From a virus (taxonomy: Duplodnaviria > Heunggongvirae > Uroviricota > Caudoviricetes), in the IMG/VR virus record IMGVR_UViG_2778261537_000017, positions 1 through 16,061 of that record: a stretch of DNA of 16,061 nucleotides. The stretch is one strand, 5' to 3'. Shown one piece after another: positions 1 through 7,807 of the stretch (positions are counted from its first letter, which is position 1; every line of letters begins with the position of its first letter). Both the position numbers and the translations under genes were made by a program. Under the pieces are notes generated by a model. It saw nothing but the letters and a program-made list of their open reading frames with translations, was not told where the DNA came from and made no database searches.

Positions 1-624
1 GCCGGTAAGTAAGCCTTGAGGAACTCGCTTGTCGGCTAGACATTGGGTTCCGCGAATTATGTTAATCAGAGGGCTTAGTAACGATGGTTCCTGGCGGGCC
101 TCAACTTCTCCAGCCATTGCCCTGATGTAGTCGGCGCTTGCAACGTTGTTATATTCCGTTGCGAAGCAGCATAACAACGACAGAACGTGCTCTGTCGTTA
201 TTTCGCTCCAGTTGATGTTGAAAAATTCATCGCCTTTTTTGTCGTGTTCGGAATCGAAGATGCTTTGGTGGAGGATGTATTTGCCGGATTCTTTGCGCGG
301 TAACTTGATCGCTTTCTGGCGTTCCAGCTCCTTGTAAATCTGCATTGCTTCAATTAGTACCGGCCTGCCGTTCATGAAGGGATCGCGCAACCTTACACGC
401 TGGCCAACTCGACCCGTAATAAAGCTGTTTTCCTCTTCCACCAGCACGATAAAACCCTTTTCCTCTTTTTCTCGCAATTCGCGCAGCAGCTGGAGTTCCA
501 TATCGCGGCGGCGTTCAGGGTAGCTGGTCCGCTCAGCCATTATCAGCTCATTGTTGATCCATGCGGCAGTCATTGACGCCGGTTTGCCGACGCTCATCGA
601 AACAACGCATATTTTCTTATCCAT
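1..624 (-). CDS. mat: Phage protein at the P1 mat position (downstream of ref); N-terminal 208 codons only, C-terminus lies beyond the window
   Basis: Minus-strand frame is open from the ATG at 624-622 down to position 1 (I checked every in-frame triplet; no stop). RBS AAGGGG lies about 7 nt upstream. Translation begins MDKKICVVSMSVGKPASMTAAWINNELI. Not in the ORF track because no stop falls inside the window. The mat assignment is by position only. Confidence 0.6.
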   Translation of the reverse strand, partial: MDKKICVVSMSVGKPASMTAAWINNELIMAERTSYPERRRDMELQLLRELREKEEKGFIVLVEEENSFITGRVGQRVRLRDPFMNGRPVLIEAMQIYKELERQKAIKLPRKESGKYILHQSIFDSEHDKKGDEFFNINWSEITTEHVLSLLCCFATEYNNVASADYIRAMAGEVEARQEPSLLSPLINIIRGTQCLADKRVPQGLLTG

Positions 625-813
625 AGCGCCCCTTATAAAAAAGAAAAGCCACCAGCGGCGGCTTAGCAATACAACTGAAGGTAGCGCCCGGTACTCAGAC
701 TGTGCCGTCCATGGAATATTTGAAAAGGGATCCATCCGTACCGGGCATGTGATGATTCTGACTGAAGTCACTTGTCAGTTGTCAATTATTTCAGATTAAA
801 AATAATATATTTA

Positions 814-1374
814 TTAGTGCATGCTGTTTGCCATCTCATAGGCGTCAGCCAGCAACTCCATCTCTGACTTGTTCAGCAAGGTGAATTCTTTCTTGCCTCC
901 AACCACACCATCGGCATGAACAGGGACCAGCCAGGGGTATTTTTCTCTTACTTCAGCCGGTGCTGCATGCTGGTGGTGCCATCTACAAAGTGGCAATTGC
1001 TTTTTGTGACAACCAGGCGCGGTACGACCGGAGATATGGTGCAGAGACACCTCTTCAGATATTACTCCATGCATATAGCAGGCAATGCAGGGGAGAGCGC
1101 CAAGAGCATTGGCTATGCGCCGCTCCTCCGCCGTCGGTGTTCGTCCCTTCAAGCCACGAGATTTTATTTTTACCGCGCTTTTCCGCGTTTTGCTGGCTGG
1201 TGGGCGCTCTTTCTGTTTAGCGATACGGCGGTCGATAGTATTCCGCATTTTCTGATATTGAGATTCTCGCCAGGCCGGATCAGCCAACTTCTCCCGTTGC
1301 CGAGCGATCGCTCGTTCTCTGGCTGCCTTCTGCCACTTACGGTGCTGTTCAATTTTTTGTTCGATTGTTTTCAT
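814..1374 (-). CDS. ref: Ref, recombination enhancement function (HNH-type endonuclease), 186 aa
   Basis: The track ORF 814..1479 starts at a TTG and reads through the promoter and a terminator hairpin. The ATG at 1374 gives MKTIEQKIEQ... and 186 aa, the size I recall for P1 Ref. C-terminal Cys/His-rich HNH-like region (CIACYMHG...SLHHISGRTAPGCHKKQLPLCRWHHQH). Confidence 0.85.
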   Translation of the reverse strand: MKTIEQKIEQHRKWQKAARERAIARQREKLADPAWRESQYQKMRNTIDRRIAKQKERPPASKTRKSAVKIKSRGLKGRTPTAEERRIANALGALPCIACYMHGVISEEVSLHHISGRTAPGCHKKQLPLCRWHHQHAAPAEVREKYPWLVPVHADGVVGGKKEFTLLNKSEMELLADAYEMANSMH

Positions 1375-1379
1375 ATGGC

Positions 1380-1405
1380 AAAAAAAAGGCGGCCTGATGG
1401 CCGCC
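1380..1405 (-). terminator. Intrinsic-terminator-like hairpin plus U8 in the ref leader, ending 5 nt before the ref ATG
   Basis: Plus strand is A8 (1380-1387) followed by GGCGGCC-TGAT-GGCCGCC (1388-1405). On the minus-strand RNA this reads GGCGGCCAUCAGGCCGCC UUUUUUUU GCCAU AUG. Confidence 0.5.
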
Positions 1406-1461
1406 AATGATGTCAAGGAGTTAAGTAATGGCAACGTCTTCGTAGTTGACAAAAACTGCGG

Positions 1462-1489
1462 CTCAATTATAGCAATCAATTAGAGCAAT
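1462..1489 (-). promoter_or_regulatory. Paired C1-repressor operator-like sites (Op2a/b-like) overlapping a TATAAT upstream of ref
   Basis: caatcaattagagcaat (1473-1489) matches the reverse complement of the P1 operator consensus ATTGCTCTAATAAATTT at 14/17; a weaker overlapping copy aattatagcaat lies at 1465-1476. The minus strand reads TTGCTATAATTGAG. Confidence 0.6.
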
Positions 1490-1595
1490 GGTAGAGATTT
1501 TGTTTATCGCGAATCACATTTTTTCACTTCAGTACCTGTGTGCTATACTCCTTCTTGATTGATTGGATGCGGAATACAAACCCGCTCTTTTGTGC

Positions 1596-1623
1596 AGCCT
1601 GGCTCCTTGCCAGGCTTTTTTTA
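1596..1623 (+). terminator. Plus-strand intrinsic terminator (8-bp stem, 5-nt loop, T7 tail)
   Basis: AGCCTGGC-TCCTT-GCCAGGCT followed by TTTTTTT. In the minus orientation the hairpin is followed by CACAAAAGAG, so it is effectively plus-strand specific. Confidence 0.5.
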
Positions 1624-1932
1624 TTTCATCATGGAAGCTGTTAATGCTTTGGACCTTGCTGAACTGATTGAGAGGGCTTTGTCAACGTGCCCCAAAAATT
1701 CGCCAAACTCAGACATCACTTTAGCAAAACCGCGCCGTGCTTCTTCCTCGGTGGCATTCATCACGAAATGTTCAGCACTACGCATACTTCTGACAGGGAA
1801 CGCAACGGATATTGAGTCAATATCAGGCATTCTATCGCTCAGCTTTACAGTGACAATGACGGCTGGCGACTGAATATTAGTGCTCACTGACAGCACTACA
1901 TATTTTCCGTCGATGTTGAAATTCTTTCTCAT
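1621..1932 (-). CDS. cra: Cra-like small protein (gene between cre and ref), 103 aa
   Basis: Complete ORF with ATG at 1932 and a GGTGA RBS. Sits where P1 has cra. Function assigned by position only. Confidence 0.6.
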   Translation of the reverse strand: MRKNFNIDGKYVVLSVSTNIQSPAVIVTVKLSDRMPDIDSISVAFPVRSMRSAEHFVMNATEEEARRGFAKVMSEFGEFLGHVDKALSISSARSKALTASMMK

Positions 1933-1948
1933 ATGTCACCATAAATAT

Positions 1949-1965
1949 CAAAGAATTAGAGCAAT
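1949..1965 (-). promoter_or_regulatory. C1 operator-like site between the cre stop and the cra start
   Basis: caaagaattagagcaat matches the reverse complement of the operator consensus at 13/17, with the AGAGCAAT core intact. Confidence 0.45.
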
Positions 1966-1982
1966 CATTTACGCGTTAATGG

Positions 1983-3014
1983 CTAATCGCCATCTTCCAG
2001 CAGGCGCACCATTGCCCCTGTTTCACTATCCAGGTTACGGATATAGTTCATGACAATATTTACGTTGGTCCAGCCACCAGCTTGCATGATCTCCGGTATT
2101 GAAACTCCGGCGCGGGCCATATCTCGCGCGGCTCCGACACGGGCACTGTGTCCAGACCAGGCCAGGTACCTCTGACCAGAGTCATCCTTAGCCCCGTAAA
2201 TCAATCGGTGAGTTGCTTCAAAAATCCCTTCCAGGGCGCGAGTTGATAGCTGGCTGGTGGATGATGGCGAGGCAACACCATTTTTTCTGACCCGGCAAAA
2301 CAAGTAGTTATTCGGATCATCAGCCACACCAGAGACGGAAATCCATCGCTCGACCAGTTTAGTTACCCCCAGGCTAAGTGCCTTCTCTACACCTGCGGTG
2401 CTAACCAGCGTTTTCGTTCTGCCAATATGGATTAACATTCTCCCACCGTCAGTACGTGAGATATCTTTAACCCTGATCCTGGCAATTTCGGCTATACGTA
2501 ACAGGGTGTTATAAGCAATCCCCAGAAATGCCAGATTCCGTATATCCTGGCAGCGATCGCTATTTCCCATGAGTGAACGAACCTGGTCGAAATCAGTGCG
2601 TTCGAACGCCAGCGCCTGTTTTGCACGCTCACCGGCATCAACGTTTTCTTTTCGGATCCGTCGCATGACCAGTGAAACAGCATTGCTGTCACTTGGTCGT
2701 GGCAGCCCGGACCGACGATGAAGCATATTTAGCTGGCCCAAATGTTGCTGGATAGTTTTCACTGCCAGACCGCGCGCCTGAAGATATAGAAGATAATCGC
2801 GAACATCTTCAGGTTCTGCGGGAAACCATTTCCGGTTATTCAACTTGCACCATGCCGCCCATGACCGGCAAACGGACAGAAGCATTTTCCAGGTATGCTC
2901 AGAAAACGCCTGGCGATCCCTGAACATGTCCATCAGGTTCTTGCGAACCTCATCACTCGTTGCATCGACCGGTAATGCAGGCAAATTTTGGTGTACGGTC
3001 AGTAAATTGGACAT
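1983..3014 (-). CDS. cre: Cre site-specific tyrosine recombinase, 343 aa
   Basis: Translation MSNLLTVHQNLPALPVDATSDEVRKNLMDMF... matches P1 Cre along its length as I recall it. Catalytic residues are in place (GHSARVGAAR, GGWTN, MNYIRN). loxP lies about 420 bp upstream. Confidence 0.97.
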   Translation of the reverse strand: MSNLLTVHQNLPALPVDATSDEVRKNLMDMFRDRQAFSEHTWKMLLSVCRSWAAWCKLNNRKWFPAEPEDVRDYLLYLQARGLAVKTIQQHLGQLNMLHRRSGLPRPSDSNAVSLVMRRIRKENVDAGERAKQALAFERTDFDQVRSLMGNSDRCQDIRNLAFLGIAYNTLLRIAEIARIRVKDISRTDGGRMLIHIGRTKTLVSTAGVEKALSLGVTKLVERWISVSGVADDPNNYLFCRVRKNGVASPSSTSQLSTRALEGIFEATHRLIYGAKDDSGQRYLAWSGHSARVGAARDMARAGVSIPEIMQAGGWTNVNIVMNYIRNLDSETGAMVRLLEDGD

Positions 3015-3021
3015 TTAACAC

Positions 3022-3243
3022 TCAGATAATGGTTTTAAGTAAAGTGTACAGGATCGGCTCTGCCTTTACCTGTTTATGGTTCTCGTCATAGAAACGCCAG
3101 CGACCGCGCGTGCGTTCTATTTTCTCTTCACCGCGCGATAATGACAGTTGACAACTATCACGATCAAACCCTTTTGCCCGCCAGTAACCACGGTTTTTCT
3201 CAAGCTCAATATGAGTGGACACTTTAGCAGCTGAATATCCCAT
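3022..3243 (-). CDS. Hypothetical 73-aa protein immediately upstream of cre
   Basis: Strong RBS (AGAGGTGAAAA then ATG at 3243). Its TGA stop lies 7 nt before the cre ATG. Basic protein (MGYSAAKVSTHIELEKNRGYWRAKGFDRDS...). I do not recall an annotated P1 gene here, so it may instead be non-coding cre promoter sequence. Confidence 0.4.
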   Translation of the reverse strand: MGYSAAKVSTHIELEKNRGYWRAKGFDRDSCQLSLSRGEEKIERTRGRWRFYDENHKQVKAEPILYTLLKTII

Positions 3244-3340
3244 TTTTCACCTCTGATTGATTGGTGGTGCTAAGTGCGCTACGCGAAATCTGGAGCACTA
3301 ACACTGCCAACATTTCGCAGATTTTACGTAGCGCAACCTT

Positions 3341-3413
3341 GATCAAATGATCAAGTGATCACTATTTGACCTGATAAGGTATTGAACTGTATGGATTTAC
3401 AGGTAAATTGATC
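3341..3413 (-). promoter_or_regulatory. Cre promoter region with clustered Dam (GATC) sites
   Basis: GATC at 3341, 3349 and 3357 (three within 20 bp) and at 3410, between loxP and cre. Consistent with the reported methylation-sensitive cre promoters in P1. Confidence 0.5.
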
Positions 3414-3432
3414 ATGTTCAATAACCCTTAAG

Positions 3433-3466
3433 ATAACTTCGTATAATGTATGCTATACGAAGTTAT
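3433..3466 (+). other. loxP recombination site (13-bp arm, 8-bp spacer, 13-bp arm)
   Basis: Exact ATAACTTCGTATA-ATGTATGC-TATACGAAGTTAT. Confidence 0.97.
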
Positions 3467-3509
3467 TAGGTCCGAAGAGGAGTTTACGTCCAGCTGCGCA
3501 TAAAAATCA

Positions 3510-3526
3510 AGAATTATTAGAGCAAT
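3510..3526 (-). promoter_or_regulatory. C1 operator (immC region)
   Basis: agaattattagagcaat matches the reverse complement of the operator consensus at 15/17. Confidence 0.6.
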
Positions 3527-3586
3527 AAATTTTGAGAGAAAAATCCCACTCCACCAGCCAAAAACTGGATTGTTTTTCATAGTTGT

Positions 3587-3613
3587 TTGACAATTGCTCT
3601 AATAAATTATAGT
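3587..3613 (+). promoter_or_regulatory. Promoter (TTGACA ... TATAGT) with an overlapping C1 operator, directed toward coi and c1
   Basis: TTGACA at 3587-3592 is followed directly by ATTGCTCTAATAAATTA (3593-3609; 16/17 to the operator consensus) and a TATAGT -10-like hexamer. Confidence 0.65.
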
Positions 3614-3847
3614 TTTGCCGCCGTTTCGTAATACGACTTTGGATTCACTATTTAATGTGTCTTCAGCGTTGTAGAGCGGCTCAGAAGGAAATGAGCAAAC
3701 AGGGAAACCTTATACAACGGCATTACAGCTATGCATTGCTCATCTTACACACAGCGCAATGTTGTTAGATTACCCCAGCATGGATCATGGGTGAAACAGT
3801 AGGTCAGAGCTTCAGGCTCTGTGTTGTCAATACAGTGAGGCATAATT

Positions 3848-4057
3848 ATGGCTTTCATTCCACCAACCATCGACGACGTTAGACATTGCTCTAACGCTTT
3901 ATCTGTAGACCCCGCCGAAACCGACGCTGCCCGCGCCATTGCTGAACACTACTCAAAGATATCCAATCAGGAGTACCGCATCACCCAAGACGACCTGGAT
4001 GATCTCACTGACACAATCGAATATCTCATGGCCACTAACCAGCCAGACTCACAATAA
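3848..4057 (+). CDS. coi: Coi, C1-repressor inactivator, 69 aa
   Basis: Complete 69-aa ORF with a GTGAGG RBS, immediately upstream of c1 and downstream of the operator-controlled promoter. Size and position match P1 coi. Confidence 0.8.
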   Translation: MAFIPPTIDDVRHCSNALSVDPAETDAARAIAEHYSKISNQEYRITQDDLDDLTDTIEYLMATNQPDSQ

Positions 4058-4073
4058 ATGCACTAATAAATCT
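4057..4073 (+). promoter_or_regulatory. C1 operator-like site overlapping the coi stop
   Basis: aatgcactaataaatct matches the operator consensus at 14/17. Confidence 0.45.
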
Positions 4074-4103
4074 ATTATTTTCGTTGGATCCTTCTATAAT
4101 GGT

Positions 4104-4144
4104 GGCCAACAACTCCCAGTGTAATCCGCTGTGAGTTGTTGGCC
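4104..4144 (+). other. Perfect 12-bp inverted repeat with a 17-nt loop in the c1 leader
   Basis: GGCCAACAACTC (4104-4115) and GAGTTGTTGGCC (4133-4144), preceded by TATAAT (4094-4099) and followed by the c1 RBS GGAGGAGG. Confidence 0.5.
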
Positions 4145-4167
4145 ATGTCAATTCTGGAGGAGGATCA

Positions 4168-5019
4168 ATGATAAATTATGTCTACGGCGAACAACTGTAC
4201 CAGGAGTTCGTCAGCTTCAGGGATCTCTTTCTAAAAAAAGCTGTTGCACGCGCCCAACACGTTGATGCCGCCAGCGACGGTCGTCCTGTTCGCCCGGTTG
4301 TCGTTCTGCCGTTCAAAGAAACAGACAGCATTCAGGCTGAAATTGATAAATGGACTTTAATGGCGCGGGAACTGGAACAGTACCCAGACCTCAATATCCC
4401 AAAGACTATTTTATATCCAGTGCCTAACATCCTTCGCGGTGTGCGTAAGGTTACGACTTATCAGACAGAAGCTGTGAACAGCGTCAACATGACCGCTGGC
4501 CGCATTATTCATCTGATTGATAAGGACATTCGCATCCAGAAAAGCGCGGGGATCAATGAGCACAGTGCGAAATACATAGAGAACCTGGAAGCAACAAAAG
4601 AGCTAATGAAGCAGTACCCGGAGGATGAAAAATTCCGTATGCGTGTACACGGCTTTAGCGAAACAATGCTGCGCGTCCACTACATTTCCAGTAGCCCTAA
4701 CTACAATGATGGTAAATCAGTTAGTTACCATGTGCCGCTGTGTGGTGTGTTTATCTGCGATGAAACTCTCCGTGATGGAATCATCATCAACGGTGAATTC
4801 GAGAAAGCAAAATTTAGCCTTTATGACTCTATAGAACCGATCATCTGCGACCGCTGGCCGCAGGCAAAAATATATCGCCTGGCAGATATTGAAAATGTAA
4901 AAAAACAAATTGCCATCACTCGCGAAGAGAAAAAGGTCAAATCAGCCGCATCAGTTACGCGCAGCCGTAACACTAAGAAGGGGCAGCCAGTAAACGACAA
5001 CCCCGAAAGCGCGCAATAG
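4168..5019 (+). CDS. c1: C1 repressor of lysogeny, 283 aa
   Basis: Complete ORF MINYVYGEQLYQEFVSF... with a strong GGAGGAGG RBS. Length and N-terminus match P1 C1 as recalled, and cognate operator sites are present in the window. Confidence 0.9.
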   Translation: MINYVYGEQLYQEFVSFRDLFLKKAVARAQHVDAASDGRPVRPVVVLPFKETDSIQAEIDKWTLMARELEQYPDLNIPKTILYPVPNILRGVRKVTTYQTEAVNSVNMTAGRIIHLIDKDIRIQKSAGINEHSAKYIENLEATKELMKQYPEDEKFRMRVHGFSETMLRVHYISSSPNYNDGKSVSYHVPLCGVFICDETLRDGIIINGEFEKAKFSLYDSIEPIICDRWPQAKIYRLADIENVKKQIAITREEKKVKSAASVTRSRNTKKGQPVNDNPESAQ

Positions 5020-5043
5020 TTTCTATCCGGCATGGTCAATGAG

Positions 5044-6528
5044 TTATTCATTAAGCCATGCCAGAGCTTCATCAACCTGCGCTTCGTCTTCGACGCTAAG
5101 CACTTCATCCTGGGGAACATAATCAGCCAGCATAGCGAAACAATATGTATCCCAATGGTCTGGTGAGTGCAGGTTGAGTTTTTTCTTCATATCCTCCTTA
5201 CTCATCACCTTCCATTGACCTGCGGAGTTAATCCCTACAGGGATTTTCGACGCTTCCTCAATAGTTTCATTACCCTTATCCAGTCTCATACGACCAGATT
5301 TTACGGCCTCTGCGGCTTGAACGTTGGCATAAGCACGTTTATCAAAGTACAGGCTCTTATCTTCACGGCTATGCATCTTTTTACCCCAGCGTATACGCTG
5401 TACGGTAATACCATAATACTCGTACATCAGATCCGCCGTTGCTTTACCCAGGCCATCGCCGTCTATCGCTATGGTGATATTGGGGAATCGCTCAGGATTA
5501 CATTCTGCGAAAATTTTGGCGGCAAGCTGCGTTTCTGTAACGTCTGTGTATTCCAGCATTCGATAGTTGATTACACGGCGTTTATTTCGCTGGCCGGACA
5601 CCATCATGATATTGATAACGGACTTATCCCGTCCCGTACCACCAGCAACGTCCACACATGCAAGCCAGCCCCATCCTTTTGCAATCTTGACTTTCCGCCG
5701 CGTTGCACGTTCAACCTCATCACGCCCAAGAAGGAAGCCATCCTGTGATTTAGGGAATAGGCCGCGTACCTTAATCATGTACATAGGGTTATCACGCCCG
5801 CCGTACTCCGCCAGCTTCATTTTGATAAATGCTGGCGTTACCAACGGTGATTCCTCACTGTTAAGCGTGATCGCCGTATAAACGCCATCAGGGTTACCAG
5901 GACGCTTGGCCAGTTTATGGTGTGTATCGTAGAAATAGCCGCTTGGGCGTGTAGGCTGTGACAGCAATAAGATGCGGTTATCCTGTCCGGTAAGAGCACC
6001 GGTGATGATACCGAAAGCTCTATCACTGACACCGGAGGCTTCATCGATAATATACAGAAGATGATCTGCGTGTTCACCGGCGAGAGCTTCTTCACTTCCC
6101 AGACGAAAGCCCTTCGGTACTACAGTCCATACACCTTTACCAGTAATCTCATAGAAAGCGGTTTCTGTCAGAACAAAATAATCAGCAAGCCATGGGAAAC
6201 GGCTGGTGGCAGTAGCCCAGTTTATCTTGATGTACTTGAATATACCGGTCATTACCTGCTGAATTTTGTTCGCAACGATAATGGCACGGGCACCTGGATA
6301 CATGATTATGAACAACATGATCATGATAGAAGTCATGTCTGATTTCCCGGTACCGTGACCAGACGAAACAGATGTCTTGCTACCCTGTTCCTGCACAGAC
6401 TCAATAATCAGATCCTGCTGCCAGGTAGGTGTTTTGCCGAACAAAACATCAGCGGCAGCAATCCAGTCATAACGATATAGCGCCACCAGCTCGCGCCAAC
6501 GTGGATCTGTTACGCAACTTCTGGCCAT
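5044..6528 (-). CDS. pacB: PacB, terminase large subunit, 494 aa
   Basis: Walker A-like SSGHGTGKS and Walker B-like [10 protein letters not shown]. Its ATG overlaps the pacA stop (ATGA at 6526-6530). Confidence 0.88.
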   Translation of the reverse strand: MARSCVTDPRWRELVALYRYDWIAAADVLFGKTPTWQQDLIIESVQEQGSKTSVSSGHGTGKSDMTSIMIMLFIIMYPGARAIIVANKIQQVMTGIFKYIKINWATATSRFPWLADYFVLTETAFYEITGKGVWTVVPKGFRLGSEEALAGEHADHLLYIIDEASGVSDRAFGIITGALTGQDNRILLLSQPTRPSGYFYDTHHKLAKRPGNPDGVYTAITLNSEESPLVTPAFIKMKLAEYGGRDNPMYMIKVRGLFPKSQDGFLLGRDEVERATRRKVKIAKGWGWLACVDVAGGTGRDKSVINIMMVSGQRNKRRVINYRMLEYTDVTETQLAAKIFAECNPERFPNITIAIDGDGLGKATADLMYEYYGITVQRIRWGKKMHSREDKSLYFDKRAYANVQAAEAVKSGRMRLDKGNETIEEASKIPVGINSAGQWKVMSKEDMKKKLNLHSPDHWDTYCFAMLADYVPQDEVLSVEDEAQVDEALAWLNE

Positions 6529-7721
6529 TAATCATCATCCCCGTATAGCTTGCGGGTAACTTCTTCGTCTTCCTCCTCGTCTTCGTCCAGGTCTTGTTCC
6601 AGCCATGGGTCGTTTGATACACCTTCAGTATCAACATCTCCATAACCGCCTGTATCAACGATATCGGCGATTTCTTCCCTACGCTGCTCAATCCACAATG
6701 CGGCATCGGCGCGGCGGTTGGCGGCCCGTTCTCGCGCAACTTTGTCCAGATCTTCAAGAGAAGGGCCACCGACGGCTGTTTGCCTTTCCTCATCATCGGT
6801 ATTGGTCTTAGGAGCACGCAGATCGGCTTTGATTTGCTCCAGCATCAGGGGCGGTACTTTCCCTCCATGCGCCTCGATGAATTCAGCTGCCTCCAGCACT
6901 GACCAGTTGTTTTCACGCTTTCGTTCGTATGCCAGCTTAACAATGCCAGCTTGCCCCATAGACAAAGCGTGCTTTTCCGCCTCCCGGCTTTCTTTTCGAT
7001 AGTTATTCCGGATGCTGTAAATGGTGTTGATCAGGCTGCTTATCTGCGCGGAACAGCTGTTTAGCATGCTCGCGATACGGTATTCAGGCGGAGTTCCTTC
7101 ATCATCGTCTTTTTGCTGATCGCGCATTTCCTGAACCAAGCGAATACACGTATCCCTGGCGTTCTCCAGCATAAGGAGATGAGAGAGAGACTTTTCCAGA
7201 AGAGTGGTTTCCAGAACATCAGCCCCGGACCGACGCAACATAGCGCGCGCGGCCTTCCGCGCTTCAACGTTATCTATCAGGTAATCGCCAGCTTCGAATT
7301 CAAAGCGTTCACCATCATCATCCAGGGTGTCGCGTTCCAGGCGATCACGTAAGGTCCGGTGGGCGCGGGTGATCACGTCATGATCATCAGAACGATCATT
7401 TATGCGCTTATTCTGGCGCTTCGCGTTCTCGACTGCGGCACTGACAACAGCATTAACTCTTTGTTTTTCAGCCATTTCAGCCACAATGTGATCACCTGCA
7501 CGTTGATCATTAGCGTGATCAATGATCATGCTTTTTAGTGGTTTTCTGACAGGCTTATTTGGCTTACGGCTGTCCGCTGTTCCGGTGTCTTCTTTGAATG
7601 CACGGAGATAACGACGTGCGGTGTTTGGGTTGAGATTAAACTCGGCGGCATATTGTGCGATGGTGTAACCACCATCTCGCGCCAGGCGAGCAAAATTCTT
7701 CTTGTGATCGTCCCAGGTCAC
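6528..7721 (-). CDS. pacA: PacA, terminase small / pac-recognition subunit, 397 aa; GTG start
   Basis: The pac site lies inside its 5' third. Acidic C-terminal tail. Start is GTG at 7721 with RBS AAGGAAG; the next in-frame triplet upstream is a stop. Confidence 0.85.
   Translation of the reverse strand: MTWDDHKKNFARLARDGGYTIAQYAAEFNLNPNTARRYLRAFKEDTGTADSRKPNKPVRKPLKSMIIDHANDQRAGDHIVAEMAEKQRVNAVVSAAVENAKRQNKRINDRSDDHDVITRAHRTLRDRLERDTLDDDGERFEFEAGDYLIDNVEARKAARAMLRRSGADVLETTLLEKSLSHLLMLENARDTCIRLVQEMRDQQKDDDEGTPPEYRIASMLNSCSAQISSLINTIYSIRNNYRKESREAEKHALSMGQAGIVKLAYERKRENNWSVLEAAEFIEAHGGKVPPLMLEQIKADLRAPKTNTDDEERQTAVGGPSLEDLDKVARERAANRRADAALWIEQRREEIADIVDTGGYGDVDTEGVSNDPWLEQDLDEDEEEDEEVTRKLYGDDD
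7343..7528. other. pac packaging site: two clusters of Dam-methylatable hexamers flanking the cleavage region
   Basis: TGATCA at 7370 and 7381 plus GATC at 7343 and 7394 on one side; TGATCA at 7489, 7504, 7516 and 7523 on the other; about 90 bp between the clusters. Confidence 0.75.
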
Positions 7722-7807
7722 TTATGCTTCCTTTCGTATAAAACTCTTTTTGACGCGAGGGTAACGAAAGTCACATGTCAAAAGGCCCGGAACGGGCAAG
7801 CAATCAA

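Noticed and set aside
916-1410. 164-aa plus-strand ORF (and the 86-aa ORF at 960-1220)
   Set aside because: Antisense to ref, with an implausible Cys/Arg-rich translation.
1375-1479. Upstream extension of ref (221-aa version from a TTG)
   Set aside because: The extension contains the TATAAT promoter, the operator and a terminator hairpin with a U-run. The ATG at 1374 gives the 186-aa Ref.
3433-3466. loxP as evidence of an engineered floxed cassette
   Set aside because: There is a single lox site in full native P1 context (cre promoter with Dam sites, coi/c1 with operators), and Cre shows natural-variant residues.
3655-3768. Short plus-strand ORF(s) in the coi leader (possible imcA/imcB equivalents)
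   Set aside because: Too short to validate from sequence alone, and I cannot recall the P1 imcA/imcB sequences. Left uncalled.
5020-5063. Possible bidirectional terminator between convergent c1 and pacB
   Set aside because: The GGCATGG/CCATGCC stem has a loop of about 20 nt, no flanking U-run, and overlaps the pacB 3' end. Too weak to call.
5167-5881. Plus-strand ORFs of 193 and 104 aa
   Set aside because: Both lie inside and antisense to pacB. Low-complexity translation and no RBS.
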